IMG/VR virus record: IMGVR_UViG_3300025154_000064
Location: 24,975 to 88,974 of that record
Reading direction: 5' to 3' (one strand)
Origin: a virus
DNA length: 64,000 nucleotides
In this document: one piece after another, positions 9,801 to 18,873 of the stretch
Position numbering within the stretch: the stretch's first letter is position 1
Layout of the letters: each line of letters opens with the position of its first letter
Notes under the pieces: generated by a model
Databases searched by the model: none
The model's input: the letters and a program-made list of their open reading frames with translations, nothing else
What the model was told of the DNA's origin: nothing
Translations under genes and position numbers: made by a program

Positions 9801-12800
9801 GCCTATGAAACTGATTATATCGTTGATCTTCCGGCTATAGAATCTGGCCTTACCAAAATTGATTTGGTATCAGCCGACACCGGTTGGCACATTTCGGGAA
9901 GAGTGAAGCATAACTGCATCCACCTTACATGGTTTGGGAACGTAGCCAAGTATTATATCCTTTATCGTTACAAGACAAGCTCTGGGTGGAGTTCCTGGAC
10001 CATTGCCGGGGACACGAGCAAAAACCATTTTGATATTTATGGCTTGCAGACCGGGCTCACCTATCAGTTCGCTGTTACCATGAATGTTGATAACCCCCTT
10101 GGTGGCGCTACCATCATTATCGATTACAACGAAGCTGATACGGCCATAGACCCATCGACTCTTCCGGCCGTGACGAACCTACGTGTTGTTGGCGGCACCG
10201 ATGTCTTTAGTGGGACATCAATTGAAATTACCTGGGATGAGGTCGCTTACTTTACATTCCATGCTTACAAAGTCGAAGTCAGAAAAACGTCCGATCCGAC
10301 GGTGCTGCTCAGGACAGAATTAGTCACTCAAAACAAATTCGCATATAAATTATGGATGAACATTTTAGATAACAATTGGATACCAAGCGTTGATATCCGA
10401 TTCGTTGTTTATATGGTTGATGAGTATGGGAACGCTGGGCCCGGGGTTTTCATTGATGTGTCGAAGAGCGACACCGATGAAATTACCGGCCTCCAAGTAA
10501 AGGGTGGCGGCGTAACGTTCGAGACCAGGGATCTAAGCGTTGAATGGACGCCTCCTGCGACAATGCCGTCTTTCAACCGGTATGTTATTGAGGTCCGCCA
10601 CGGCGTTACTCTCAAGCGAACCTATTATAGCATTTCACCGACATTTGATTACACCTTTGAGATGAATAAGACTGATGGCGACGGCACCCCGAGCCCAGTT
10701 ATCGTTATAGCAGTCAAGGTTGAAGACAGTTTCGGAGCTGTGACGACTGGGGTTTCACAGGCCTTCACGAACTATGCTCCCGCGGCCGTGACCGGCCTTC
10801 AGGTAAAAGGTGGAGGCCTTGTCTTCAACGCCAGTGATCTTGAGGTGGAATGGACAGGTCCGTCACCCATTCCGGATGACTTTGAGAGATACCGCATCGA
10901 TTTTGATCATGGCGCTTCGACACTGAGAACCATCTACACTACCGAATTGTCAACGGCCTATACGTATTGGATGAACACAATGGATGGCGGGGAGGCGGGC
11001 CCGGCCGGCGAAGTCGGTGTTACCGTCTACACCGTTGACTGCTTTAATCAAAGCTCTGTCGCAGCTGAAGGGACTTTTACCAACCCAGCGCCGGCCCCTG
11101 TTTCTGGACTTTCAGGCAGGGCCTATATGGCCGGGGCCGAGTTCACCTGGTATGCAAGTACCGCAAAAGATTTTGCATATTACGAGTATAAGTGCACGCT
11201 TGACGATAGCGCTTGGCCAACAGATTGGACAAGAACAAATAATCAGCTCTTTATTCGAATGCTTTCAGCTGATGAAGCAGCTGCGCACGATACAATTTAT
11301 TTCAAAATCCGTGTTCTCGATTCAATGGGCAACTTTTCTACCGAAGAGGCCACCTTCGTTGAAGTTGATCAGCTGTATGTTGAACCCACTGCGATTGACG
11401 ACTTCGCTGATATTTCTGCCGGGTTCCCGAGGATACCTGTGGTTGTTGGTGACACCTTCACAAACAATTCACCAACCACCGGGAAGGTATCATGGAATGC
11501 GCACCATCTATTCTATAACGGCACCGATTATAGCATACTTGCCGGAGAAACAGGCGTTTCCGCAAATGGTGACGCTATCTATATCTGGTGGGACAATGGA
11601 GCGAATACTTACAATTCGTCAACTGCCGGGGATCATCCTTCGGATCTAATGGGCGTTGGCGATTTTATTATCGCTGTCAACACGAATGGTTCCGTCACCA
11701 TGGCATGGAATTCTATCGCAAACCAAGTGATAGGGTCTGCCTATATTCAGAAGGCTGCCATAAACGATCTGCATGTGAATGAGCTTTCAGCATCGAAGCT
11801 TACGGCCGGGTCAGTTATGACACCTGGGGTGAAGATTGGCGGCGTTGACACATTGAGCACGCCGGTTGCAGCGAGCCTCTACATAACAGCCGATAGCATT
11901 GGGTATTGGGACGGGTCTGCATGGCAGTCTCTCATAAAAAATGATGGCACATGGAAGTTCGGTGGCGATGCGAACGCTTATATTGAATGGACCGGCACTC
12001 AGCTAAATATCAAGGGGTCGATTGTCCAGTCACCTGCCGGAACGACCTTTCCTGTTCCTTGCTGGCGCGGTGCCTATGACGCTGGGACAACATACTACAG
12101 GGGAGATGTTGTATATTCATCTGGAACGTCTTGGATTTACATAAACACAACTTCAGGTGCCGGCCACACGCCAGCTGACGATGCCTATTGGGACATCTAT
12201 GCTCAGCAGGGCGCAACAGGCGAGACAGGTGAGGCTGGAGCTGTTGGGTATAACGCTGCAACGCTTACTGCCTATCTTCGAAGCGCCACGACTCCAGCGA
12301 CGACCCCGGGAGCGTTGACATATACTTTTTCAACGGCCTCTTGGACACCGGGAAACTCATGGTCAAAGACAGTTCCATCCGGTACCGATCCGGTATGGGC
12401 GGTCGCAGTTACGGCCTACTCAAACACCGATACTGATAGCATTCTTTCAACAGATTGGAGCGCTCCGGTTCAGGTTTTTGCCAACGGCGAAACGGGCGCC
12501 AGCGGCCTGAATGTTGCGACGGCATATCTTTACCAGAGGACAGCTTCCAGCACTGCGCCAACGGCTATGCCTACCGCAGCCTTAACTTTCACATTTGCAA
12601 CGGGTGCCATCACCGGCACCCCTGGCAACAGCTGGACGGCGGCGATACCGGCGCTTGACGCCGCAAAGCCTTATCTTTGGGTGACGACGGCAACCGCAAG
12701 CAATACGGCGGCAACTGATTCGGTAGCCGTCGGCGAGTGGGCGGCGTCAAGGTTATTATCTCAGGATGGCGCGCCGGGAACTGCAGCAAGGGTGGTGTCC

Positions 12801-14828
12801 CTTACGATCGGTAATCCTGCTATTGTCTATGATGTCGAAGGAGATAGAGACACCCCCCTATATACGGATGCTACCGCCACCGCATTAAATACAACTGGAA
12901 CAGTGTATTATGATTTTTTAAAAAATGGTTCTTCCGTCCAAAATACCACAAGCAGTTCTTACAGGTATTATCCACCTGATCTATTTACTTCAATGCCTGA
13001 GACTCTTGAAGTAAATATCAGAGAAGGCGCGAGCACCGGGACAATCCTCGCCAAAGATAAAATAGTAGTTTTTGGTGTAAAGGCAGGGGCAAACGCCATT
13101 ACCGTCGGGATTTCAAACGCAGCCCACGTATTACCGGCGAGTTCAACAGGTGTTGTTTCATCGTATGCCGGATCTGGGACGATACTATCCGTCTGGGAAG
13201 GGGCAACGCAGTTATCCTATTCTACCAGTGGGAATTCGACTTGGAATGTGGTCTCAGCCGTTGGCAGCTCGATTACAGTTGGTACCCCAAGCACCGTCGG
13301 TCAATCGAGGGTTTACGGCGACCACAGTGCAATGACGGCCGATCTTGCAACCGTTACCTATACCATAGCGGTTAGAAATTCAGGTGGAGGAACCCAGACT
13401 TTCACGATACTGCAGTCCTTGAGCAAATCAAAAGCAGGTGTTGCGGGTGTTGATGGTGACGATGGGGCCACCGGGGCGCCTGGACCTGGCGTCGTGTTTC
13501 GTGGCGACTTCACAACGTGGGTGTCAACTACGTTTTATTATACCGCACAACGCCGCGATGTCATTCTTAGAAGTGGGACATATTATCTCTATAATATTCC
13601 ATCGACAAGCTCTGGTAATGTCGAATCTTCCTACACTTCTGGTGACTGGACGCCATTTGGCGCGACGTTCTCAAGCGTCGCTACTGGTCTCTTACTTGCC
13701 GAAGATGCAACAATTACACGTAATCTTACCATAGGAACTGACGGTACTAATTATGGCTCATTAAGATCTGTAAGTAAAACTGGCTACGGGGATTCGACTG
13801 CTGGCTTCTGGTTTGGGTATTCTTCCGGCTACAAGATGGATATAGGAAATTCCACTGATTATCTCCGGTGGACCGGATCAGCTGTGAACATAGCGTCGTC
13901 TGGTGCCGATGCTATCGTTATTAGCGGCGGCTCTGGTATCCGTATCGCTTCAGGCGGAGATATAATCTTGACAGGCGCGACGAGCGACCCAGGTGAGGTT
14001 ATTTTCAGCGGAACGTCTCGGTCAACAAGGCTTTTTACCATCTTAGATGGTACCACCATGCAAATGGAGCCTTCCGCTGCTGGTTATGTCAACCTTTATT
14101 TTGGTTATTCGCTAAAATTCAATACCATTACGTCTTACGCCACAAACTACGGAATATCTGGCAGCACTTTAATTGATTTAATAAACGGTTCAAACCACGT
14201 TAAGTTTAATTCAACTGGTTTTTATCCAGATCCTACCGGAACGATCGATTTGGGCACGACTTCATATAGATGGAATGACATAAACGCAAATAGAATATTC
14301 CTCTCAGGGAATACATCAACTACGTCTGCAACAGCATATATTGATTCTTACGACACGTCGAGTACAAAATTTTCTCTGGTTTGCAGGAACTCTACGCCAG
14401 AGAATACGTTCTGGGTGACCGGTGCCGGCACCGCATGGTTAATGGGTGGTGTCGCTGTAACTTCTGACGAAAAATACAAAACAGGAATAGTTGAGTTCTC
14501 GGATAAGGATGGTGTCCAAGAAATAGTTGGCGGGAAAATGGGCATGATAAAGCCGAGAAGGTATGTGCTCAATGGGACTGAAGATGTCACAGCCGGGTTT
14601 TTGGCGCAAGAGATACAGAACATAATACCAGAAGCCACAAAAGTCCTTCAGCACCCACCTTTGATTGATAAAGATGGCAAAGAGCTTCCTGGTGAGGAAT
14701 TCTTGTCATTGAATATTTATCCGATATTACCATACATGGTTCAGTGGATAAAAGAGCAGCAGTCCTACATAGACGCCTTAGTCGCAAGAGTTGAGGCCTT
14801 AGAAACCAAACAGTTACAAGCAGCATAA
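6789..14828 (+). CDS. Central tail fibre / host specificity protein (gpI+gpJ-like fusion) with FN3-like repeats and a C-terminal intramolecular chaperone
   Basis: About 2680 aa. TNPAW and CQVGDVV TipJ motifs; repeated VTGLQVKGGG..DLxVEW domains; GxY triplets; C-terminal TSDEKYK...GFLAQE (peptidase S74-like) and coiled coil. ATG 6789 preferred over TTG 6777. Confidence 0.9.
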   Translation: MNFENEVLVTFVRNPWEPYTSRVVSAVPFVPGKSIMDYSVDAGEVPVGYEIVASLNGKVVDDVEQVVLCPGCGIVFCAIPMGGDSGKQILRIVAAIVVTVIAYVYGGPLGGAVGNAFGATWSAGTAAIVGGSMIAVAGGILINVALPMQSGKVSGLLDGDWAKSNNYGWSNPTNALEEGVVLPSLIGTRRFAPPLLRWYRYMAEDEFSQQRIRLQYALADDLLKPITEEDIFINGDPIISFYSKDYVVDAVEDTEYSIIVTLPENKTVILNWGDGSPEVTLDEPMQSVSVLHTYASTDTFILTISGNYKDMEIDTNTLPVTEEKQSTAAFHQTLGDDSETYSCPWFNDSIVENAFPAVEIKDSTRSFEAKYKFSGGSRVLYNFVVTRTTGQPSTMLFLEFFFGKGLYSIVDDTTHRGYTADWRDMGTRTKKVPCYDYFIKVRYRKVGTEPWTTIDLPKVAPPTTFETPFRVAYSITDLELSNYEIQYMGDYLDIDERAYGSIILEKLCGYTSITGAQTFSTNGSDVTKVGLGLIMPNGIYHLKTDGTKENHSITVNVDARAYGTTPWLYSKTKTFSDATASALRAIVVFENLPPDKYELRAYISGVVEEDIQYVAMLYAEFLQEGTNDIMIHRGVSVLSLEFLATEKLNSMPLVEVKATCDDYVENRLSTNPAWAAYYRLIDKHGVMAEDILFDEFESWAETCDAEGYKIGLYLDTQFNLHDVLGQIGMAGKASVIRRGTKWGVIQDAVATPVQMFSMENITMDSFEETFLSADEKANTILAWYFDEENDYRRTSIEVRDPSVNSLDAIKKVEVSLYGVTNKAQAVKIAVSLLNHTRLVNRTVSWLADVDAIACQVGDVVYFQHEVPMWGHAAGRVVSSTLNSVTIDRPSDYSGEIDGVSISTFTFKIFVRHQEPNTSGEYDSIEIFNIVNPYPNDDVVTYTLQSPAVWSRLPEKDSIVSIGRITGTEQSTGNIRTSVKKFRVLNIERYEDQTFKITALEYYDDAYETDYIVDLPAIESGLTKIDLVSADTGWHISGRVKHNCIHLTWFGNVAKYYILYRYKTSSGWSSWTIAGDTSKNHFDIYGLQTGLTYQFAVTMNVDNPLGGATIIIDYNEADTAIDPSTLPAVTNLRVVGGTDVFSGTSIEITWDEVAYFTFHAYKVEVRKTSDPTVLLRTELVTQNKFAYKLWMNILDNNWIPSVDIRFVVYMVDEYGNAGPGVFIDVSKSDTDEITGLQVKGGGVTFETRDLSVEWTPPATMPSFNRYVIEVRHGVTLKRTYYSISPTFDYTFEMNKTDGDGTPSPVIVIAVKVEDSFGAVTTGVSQAFTNYAPAAVTGLQVKGGGLVFNASDLEVEWTGPSPIPDDFERYRIDFDHGASTLRTIYTTELSTAYTYWMNTMDGGEAGPAGEVGVTVYTVDCFNQSSVAAEGTFTNPAPAPVSGLSGRAYMAGAEFTWYASTAKDFAYYEYKCTLDDSAWPTDWTRTNNQLFIRMLSADEAAAHDTIYFKIRVLDSMGNFSTEEATFVEVDQLYVEPTAIDDFADISAGFPRIPVVVGDTFTNNSPTTGKVSWNAHHLFYNGTDYSILAGETGVSANGDAIYIWWDNGANTYNSSTAGDHPSDLMGVGDFIIAVNTNGSVTMAWNSIANQVIGSAYIQKAAINDLHVNELSASKLTAGSVMTPGVKIGGVDTLSTPVAASLYITADSIGYWDGSAWQSLIKNDGTWKFGGDANAYIEWTGTQLNIKGSIVQSPAGTTFPVPCWRGAYDAGTTYYRGDVVYSSGTSWIYINTTSGAGHTPADDAYWDIYAQQGATGETGEAGAVGYNAATLTAYLRSATTPATTPGALTYTFSTASWTPGNSWSKTVPSGTDPVWAVAVTAYSNTDTDSILSTDWSAPVQVFANGETGASGLNVATAYLYQRTASSTAPTAMPTAALTFTFATGAITGTPGNSWTAAIPALDAAKPYLWVTTATASNTAATDSVAVGEWAASRLLSQDGAPGTAARVVSLTIGNPAIVYDVEGDRDTPLYTDATATALNTTGTVYYDFLKNGSSVQNTTSSSYRYYPPDLFTSMPETLEVNIREGASTGTILAKDKIVVFGVKAGANAITVGISNAAHVLPASSTGVVSSYAGSGTILSVWEGATQLSYSTSGNSTWNVVSAVGSSITVGTPSTVGQSRVYGDHSAMTADLATVTYTIAVRNSGGGTQTFTILQSLSKSKAGVAGVDGDDGATGAPGPGVVFRGDFTTWVSTTFYYTAQRRDVILRSGTYYLYNIPSTSSGNVESSYTSGDWTPFGATFSSVATGLLLAEDATITRNLTIGTDGTNYGSLRSVSKTGYGDSTAGFWFGYSSGYKMDIGNSTDYLRWTGSAVNIASSGADAIVISGGSGIRIASGGDIILTGATSDPGEVIFSGTSRSTRLFTILDGTTMQMEPSAAGYVNLYFGYSLKFNTITSYATNYGISGSTLIDLINGSNHVKFNSTGFYPDPTGTIDLGTTSYRWNDINANRIFLSGNTSTTSATAYIDSYDTSSTKFSLVCRNSTPENTFWVTGAGTAWLMGGVAVTSDEKYKTGIVEFSDKDGVQEIVGGKMGMIKPRRYVLNGTEDVTAGFLAQEIQNIIPEATKVLQHPPLIDKDGKELPGEEFLSLNIYPILPYMVQWIKEQQSYIDALVARVEALETKQLQAA

Positions 14829-14842
14829 AGGAGAAAAAACAC

Positions 14843-14986
14843 ATGGAAGAGCAACAAATCCCCATTCAGGCAATCAAAGAAACAATAGCCGATCTTTGTT
14901 TGGAAAAAAAGATGCTTCAAATGACGATATGGGCGCAGTCTGAAGAGATCAAACAGCTAAAAGCGCGACTGCAAAAAGGTGAATAA
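14843..14986 (+). CDS. Small coiled-coil protein (47 aa)
   Basis: RBS AAGGAG; MEEQQIPIQAIKETIADLCLEKKMLQ...; abuts the next gene. Confidence 0.6.
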   Translation: MEEQQIPIQAIKETIADLCLEKKMLQMTIWAQSEEIKQLKARLQKGE

Positions 14987-15508
14987 ATGAAACTCGACAT
15001 TCGACCCGGGGATATATTTTGCACAACCGATCCAAGATGGATCGGTCCGATAACCAATGCCGTACAGGCCTTCTGGGATCCTGACGGCAAATCAAAATAT
15101 TCGCATTCTGGGATCATCTATGATGAGAACGGCGTAACTTCCGAAGCTCTCTGGACGATCCGGAAGAACCACCTACGGAAATATATTGGCAAGCCAGTGA
15201 TCATTGGCCGGCACAAAGACATGACTGGCAATCTGTTCTGGCAGGCTTACCGGCAGATTCAGAGCCAAGAAGGCACCTGGTACCCGTTTCATAGGCTCTT
15301 TCTTCACATGCTCCCACCTCTTGCCAAATACATTCACTTCACTGGCATCCCGGTTTGCTCTGAGTGGGCATCTAAGCTTTTGGTGAAGTCGAATCTAATG
15401 GAGCACTGGGCCGGAATAACACCCAACTATCTGGCCGACATGATGATCATGTGGGATGACTGGACGGTTCTCTACGAAGATACACTGACGCTGGATATGT
15501 TCAACTAA
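14987..15508 (+). CDS. Permuted papain-like amidase (YiiX/YebB-like)
   Basis: IRPGDIF, YSHSGI (His) upstream of PVCSE (Cys), ITP motif. Confidence 0.8.
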   Translation: MKLDIRPGDIFCTTDPRWIGPITNAVQAFWDPDGKSKYSHSGIIYDENGVTSEALWTIRKNHLRKYIGKPVIIGRHKDMTGNLFWQAYRQIQSQEGTWYPFHRLFLHMLPPLAKYIHFTGIPVCSEWASKLLVKSNLMEHWAGITPNYLADMMIMWDDWTVLYEDTLTLDMFN

Positions 15509-15516
15509 GGAACCAA

Positions 15517-16845
15517 ATGGCTAAAAAAAAGAATAAAATCTTTGTATTAGATACTAATGTGATTCTTCATGACAGTGAGTGCCTGTACCAGTTCGATGAG
15601 CACGACATCGTCATTCCAATAATGGTAATCGAAGAACTTGACAATTTTAAACGTGGCCGGGAAACGGTCAACCGGCACGCGAGAGAGTTCCTTCGTGGTA
15701 TCGATAAGCTGTTCGGCGACAAGCCGGTTTGCAACGGCGTCAAGATAAGGGAAGGCTCAGGTAAAATCACCATAGCTGTCCATGGTTTTATCCATGATTA
15801 TATTCAAAAATCTTTCCACCAGGGTAAGGTCGACCACCAGATTCTAAACATGGCTTATTGCATCGCTGAGCTGGAATCCTTCGACCGGACCATATTGGTA
15901 ACCAAAGACATTAACCTTCGAATGAAGGCCAAGGCTGTCGGCCTGAAGGCGGAAGATTACACATCGGACCGTGTCGACAACCTGGACCAATTTTACAAGG
16001 GGTACCGGGTCATCGACAACGTTCCGCCGGCGATGGTTAATCAGCTTCACCAGCCGCCATTTGAAATGGAAATGGGGATGGATCTGACCGACACGCCGCC
16101 GTTGGACAATGAGTTCTTCGTCCTTAAAAATGGTAGCCTGTCGGTACTCGGATCCTACGAGGTCAAGTCAAACCTGGTCCGCAAGATCGAGAACCGGACG
16201 TGCGCCGGCGTTAAGGCCAAAAATGCAGAGCAGGCCTTTGCGATTGACGCCTTACTCGATAAGGATATCCCCCTGGTAACCATTACCGGCAAGGCCGGGA
16301 CCGGCAAAACGCTTTTAGCCTTGGCAGCGGCGCTCGAGCAAAAAAAACATTTCCGGCAGATATTTTTGGCCCGGCCGGTCGTGCCTCTGAGCAACAAAGA
16401 CATTGGGTTTCTTCCCGGGGACATCAAGAGCAAGCTCGACCCCTACATGCAGCCGCTGTTTGACAACCTGTCAGTGATTGCCGGACTTCCGGCGGAGGCC
16501 CACAAGAAGATCGACACCAAAGAGCTTCTTGAATCCGAAAAGATTGTCATTGCCCCTCTGTCGTATATCCGCGGTAGAAGCCTGGTCAAAATATTTTTCA
16601 TAGTTGATGAAGCGCAGAACCTTACGCCGCATGAGGTCAAAACAATTGTCACCCGGGCGGGGGAGGGGACCAAGATTATTTTTACTGGCGACATCTTCCA
16701 AATCGATCACCCCTACCTGGATAGCCGTACCAACGGCCTTAGCTACCTCATAGACCGCATGAAGGACCACAAGCTTTATGCGCACATCAACCTTGAGAAA
16801 GGCGAGCGGTCGAAACTTTCTGATCTTGCGGCGGAGGTTTTATAA
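15517..16845 (+). CDS. phoH: PIN-domain PhoH-family ATPase (PhoH2-type)
   Basis: N-terminal VLDTNVILHD PIN motif; GKAGTGKT Walker A; GFLPG, RGRS, DEAQN, GDxxQID. Confidence 0.95.
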   Translation: MAKKKNKIFVLDTNVILHDSECLYQFDEHDIVIPIMVIEELDNFKRGRETVNRHAREFLRGIDKLFGDKPVCNGVKIREGSGKITIAVHGFIHDYIQKSFHQGKVDHQILNMAYCIAELESFDRTILVTKDINLRMKAKAVGLKAEDYTSDRVDNLDQFYKGYRVIDNVPPAMVNQLHQPPFEMEMGMDLTDTPPLDNEFFVLKNGSLSVLGSYEVKSNLVRKIENRTCAGVKAKNAEQAFAIDALLDKDIPLVTITGKAGTGKTLLALAAALEQKKHFRQIFLARPVVPLSNKDIGFLPGDIKSKLDPYMQPLFDNLSVIAGLPAEAHKKIDTKELLESEKIVIAPLSYIRGRSLVKIFFIVDEAQNLTPHEVKTIVTRAGEGTKIIFTGDIFQIDHPYLDSRTNGLSYLIDRMKDHKLYAHINLEKGERSKLSDLAAEVL

Positions 16846-17345
16846 TGGGAAAAATAATCGCGCTTAGTGGCTCGCATGGGACAGGGAAATCGACTGCCGT
16901 ATTCGAATGCGCGGCTGCGCTCAAAAAGACAACACGGTCTGAAATCGGTATCATAACCGAAGTTGCCCGCCGGTGTCCGCTTCCTGTGCTCGGACTTGAT
17001 TGCATGCCGTCAGTCCAGGCTCAACTATGGATCTTTGCCGAGCAGATACGGTGCGAGATCGATGCAAGCCTGCAATATGATATCACAGTGTCAGACCGAA
17101 CGGTTGTGGATGACATCGCATACACACTTATGGCTGGGTTTACCGACTTAGCGACTGCTCAACTTGAGGTCGCAAGGCATCACATGGGGATATACCATGA
17201 GATCCGGTTTCAGCGGATTGATCCGGATAGGGTGTGCCTGGTGGATGACGGATTCAGGTCTGTTGATCCTTGCAAGCAGGCAGAGCTGGAACAATTGTTG
17301 ATTGAGTTGTATCGGCAGCTTGGGGTTGATCTATCTCTCGCTTGA
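16845..17345 (+). CDS. P-loop nucleotide kinase-like ATPase (AAA_28/NadR-like)
   Basis: IIALSGSHGTGKST, EVAR, SDRT, DDGFR. Confidence 0.8.
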   Translation: MGKIIALSGSHGTGKSTAVFECAAALKKTTRSEIGIITEVARRCPLPVLGLDCMPSVQAQLWIFAEQIRCEIDASLQYDITVSDRTVVDDIAYTLMAGFTDLATAQLEVARHHMGIYHEIRFQRIDPDRVCLVDDGFRSVDPCKQAELEQLLIELYRQLGVDLSLA

Positions 17346-17711
17346 GCTCATTGCTGTTAATTCACCATCTTCGAAATAAAGGAATTTTGTTGGTGTGAAT
17401 AATAGTTGTGGGCGGCCGATATATTCGCTTGTCCCATATACCCACTGTTCGAGCGCACCATTTATTCCTACGGTTTTGTTAACATACTTGGGTCCCCCCC
17501 AGCTTGCGATGACCTCTTCCTTTGTCATTGTTGGAAAAACGACTCCTTTCCAAATAGCATCTCTTGTTATCGCATTGAGCTGGGGATGCGCATCCAGATA
17601 TTGTGAGCGCCGCACCATGCACTCCATGCGATAGTCCTGGAGTGCGTTATGGCGTCCAGCACAACCATAGCTAAGCAATACGACAATAAGGATTAATATT
17701 TTTTTTAACAT
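17331..17711 (-). CDS. Lipoprotein with a BamE/SmpA-like motif
   Basis: Signal peptide with lipobox LSYG-C; MTKEEVIASWGGP...EQWVY...LYFEDGEL. Confidence 0.7.
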   Translation of the reverse strand: MLKKILILIVVLLSYGCAGRHNALQDYRMECMVRRSQYLDAHPQLNAITRDAIWKGVVFPTMTKEEVIASWGGPKYVNKTVGINGALEQWVYGTSEYIGRPQLLFTPTKFLYFEDGELTAMSSSER

Positions 17712-17733
17712 AATTGTTCCTCCCAACATCTAC

Positions 17734-17767
17734 AGGATGGTGACGGACTAAAATCCGTCACCATCCT
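17734..17767. repeat. 14-bp perfect inverted repeat (candidate integrase arm sites or terminator)
   Basis: AGGATGGTGACGGA-ctaaaa-TCCGTCACCATCCT; the motif recurs at 18235-18277. Confidence 0.7.
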
Positions 17768-17777
17768 AACATAATCT

Positions 17778-18137
17778 TCAGTTATCTGTTTTTTTTCTGT
17801 AATCCGCTCTCGCCTTTTTGCACGCTTCGCACCGGCACCGATGATTTACGTATCCAGATATTGTTCCATGCTTTATTGGCCTTCTTCTGAGAAGTCCATG
17901 CAATTTGTCGTGGCACGACTTGCAAAGGGGAACACATTTCGAAAGTTCCATATCCAGCCTTGATTCTTCCCATGACCAAATCTTATGAGACTCTTTTGAC
18001 TCTTGGTCAATATGATGAATTTCAATATTTTGGTCTGACCAACAAAAAACGCATGGTCCAAAATTTTTTAACTTGGCCGCTTTTCGAGCCTTAATCCAAT
18101 CTCTTTGGTACTGTCTTTTTTGTTCTATGTTTATCAT
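17778..18137 (-). CDS. HNH endonuclease
   Basis: CVFC..IEIHHID..KCVPLCKSCHDKLH plus C-terminal HGTISGY..CRCEAC. Confidence 0.85.
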   Translation of the reverse strand: MINIEQKRQYQRDWIKARKAAKLKNFGPCVFCWSDQNIEIHHIDQESKESHKIWSWEESRLDMELSKCVPLCKSCHDKLHGLLRRRPIKHGTISGYVNHRCRCEACKKARADYRKKTDN

Positions 18138-18234
18138 TTTTTTTGTGTGTCTCCTATAAAAAAAATGGTCAAGGTTCCGCAGAGTCCATTATGGCTTCCG
18201 AACCTTGACCAAAAAATAAAATAATCAGGCGCGC

Positions 18235-18277
18235 CAGGATGGTTACAGGATAGAATCCGTCACCATCCTGTAACCAT
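18235..18277. repeat. Second copy of the CAGGATGGT(G/T)AC / ATCCGTCACCATCCTG motif cluster next to the att core
   Basis: CAGGATGGTTACAGGATAGAATCCGTCACCATCCTGTAACCAT; nested direct and inverted copies. Confidence 0.65.
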
Positions 18278-18314
18278 ATTAAATGTTGACAACGCCTGAT
18301 TTTATTTGTAAAAA

Positions 18315-18338
18315 TGGCGGAGGCGCATGGGAATCGAA
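18315..18338 (-). other. Putative attP core identical in form to a tRNA-Sec (selC) 3' end
   Basis: Minus strand TTCGATT-CCCAT-GCGCCTCC-G-CCA = T-loop, 5-nt T-stem strand, 8-nt acceptor strand, G73, CCA. No 5' tRNA half present. About 530 bp from the integrase. Confidence 0.8.
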
Positions 18339-18459
18339 ATCAACCGCTAAGTCAATTTTTCTTAATAATTTCAAGCATGTTTTTTTAGAGCTTGTCACTG
18401 TATTTTGCGATCTGTTTGTTTTTATTATATTTATTTTGGGTTACCATATGGTTGCGGTC

Positions 18460-18873
18460 CTATTCACGCGGGTTTGCGCCGTCACCATCTGCCACCACCT
18501 CATAGTTGTAATCTTTGCAGGCATATCGGTTCGCCACAACCTCCTCACGGGTAAAGAGATCTCTCACCCATTCACTATCAAACCGAAACCCGCTAACCGG
18601 ATTCACATCACCGACCTGCGCTTCCTCCCATTCTTTCGTTAATGGATGCTCAGGGGTGTTGTGTTGTGCCGGGTACCAATCATTCCGTTTGCATATGCGC
18701 TTGACTTTATCTCCAAAATAGATTTCATTCCCGAACATATCGACTTCGCCAGTCCACATTTTCGGTTCTGAGCAGAACTCTTCGGAGAATTTATAAAACA
18801 TGTCTGAGATATCGCGGGGTGTTTGAGCGTAAAAATCTTTCCAGTCCTTCTTCATTTGCGCTTTAAATTTCAT
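18460..18873 (-). CDS. YopX-like phage protein
   Basis: MWTGEVDMFGNEIYFGDKV resembles the YopX motif QxTGLxDxNGxEIYEGDI. Confidence 0.6.
   Translation of the reverse strand: MKFKAQMKKDWKDFYAQTPRDISDMFYKFSEEFCSEPKMWTGEVDMFGNEIYFGDKVKRICKRNDWYPAQHNTPEHPLTKEWEEAQVGDVNPVSGFRFDSEWVRDLFTREEVVANRYACKDYNYEVVADGDGANPRE

Noticed and set aside
6789-14828. Diversity-generating retroelement acting on the tail fibre
   Set aside because: No reverse transcriptase and no adenine-variable TR/VR repeat pair was seen in the window.
18280-18420. Complete tRNA gene
   Set aside because: Only the T-loop-to-CCA portion is present; the upstream sequence cannot form the D and anticodon arms or the 5' acceptor strand.
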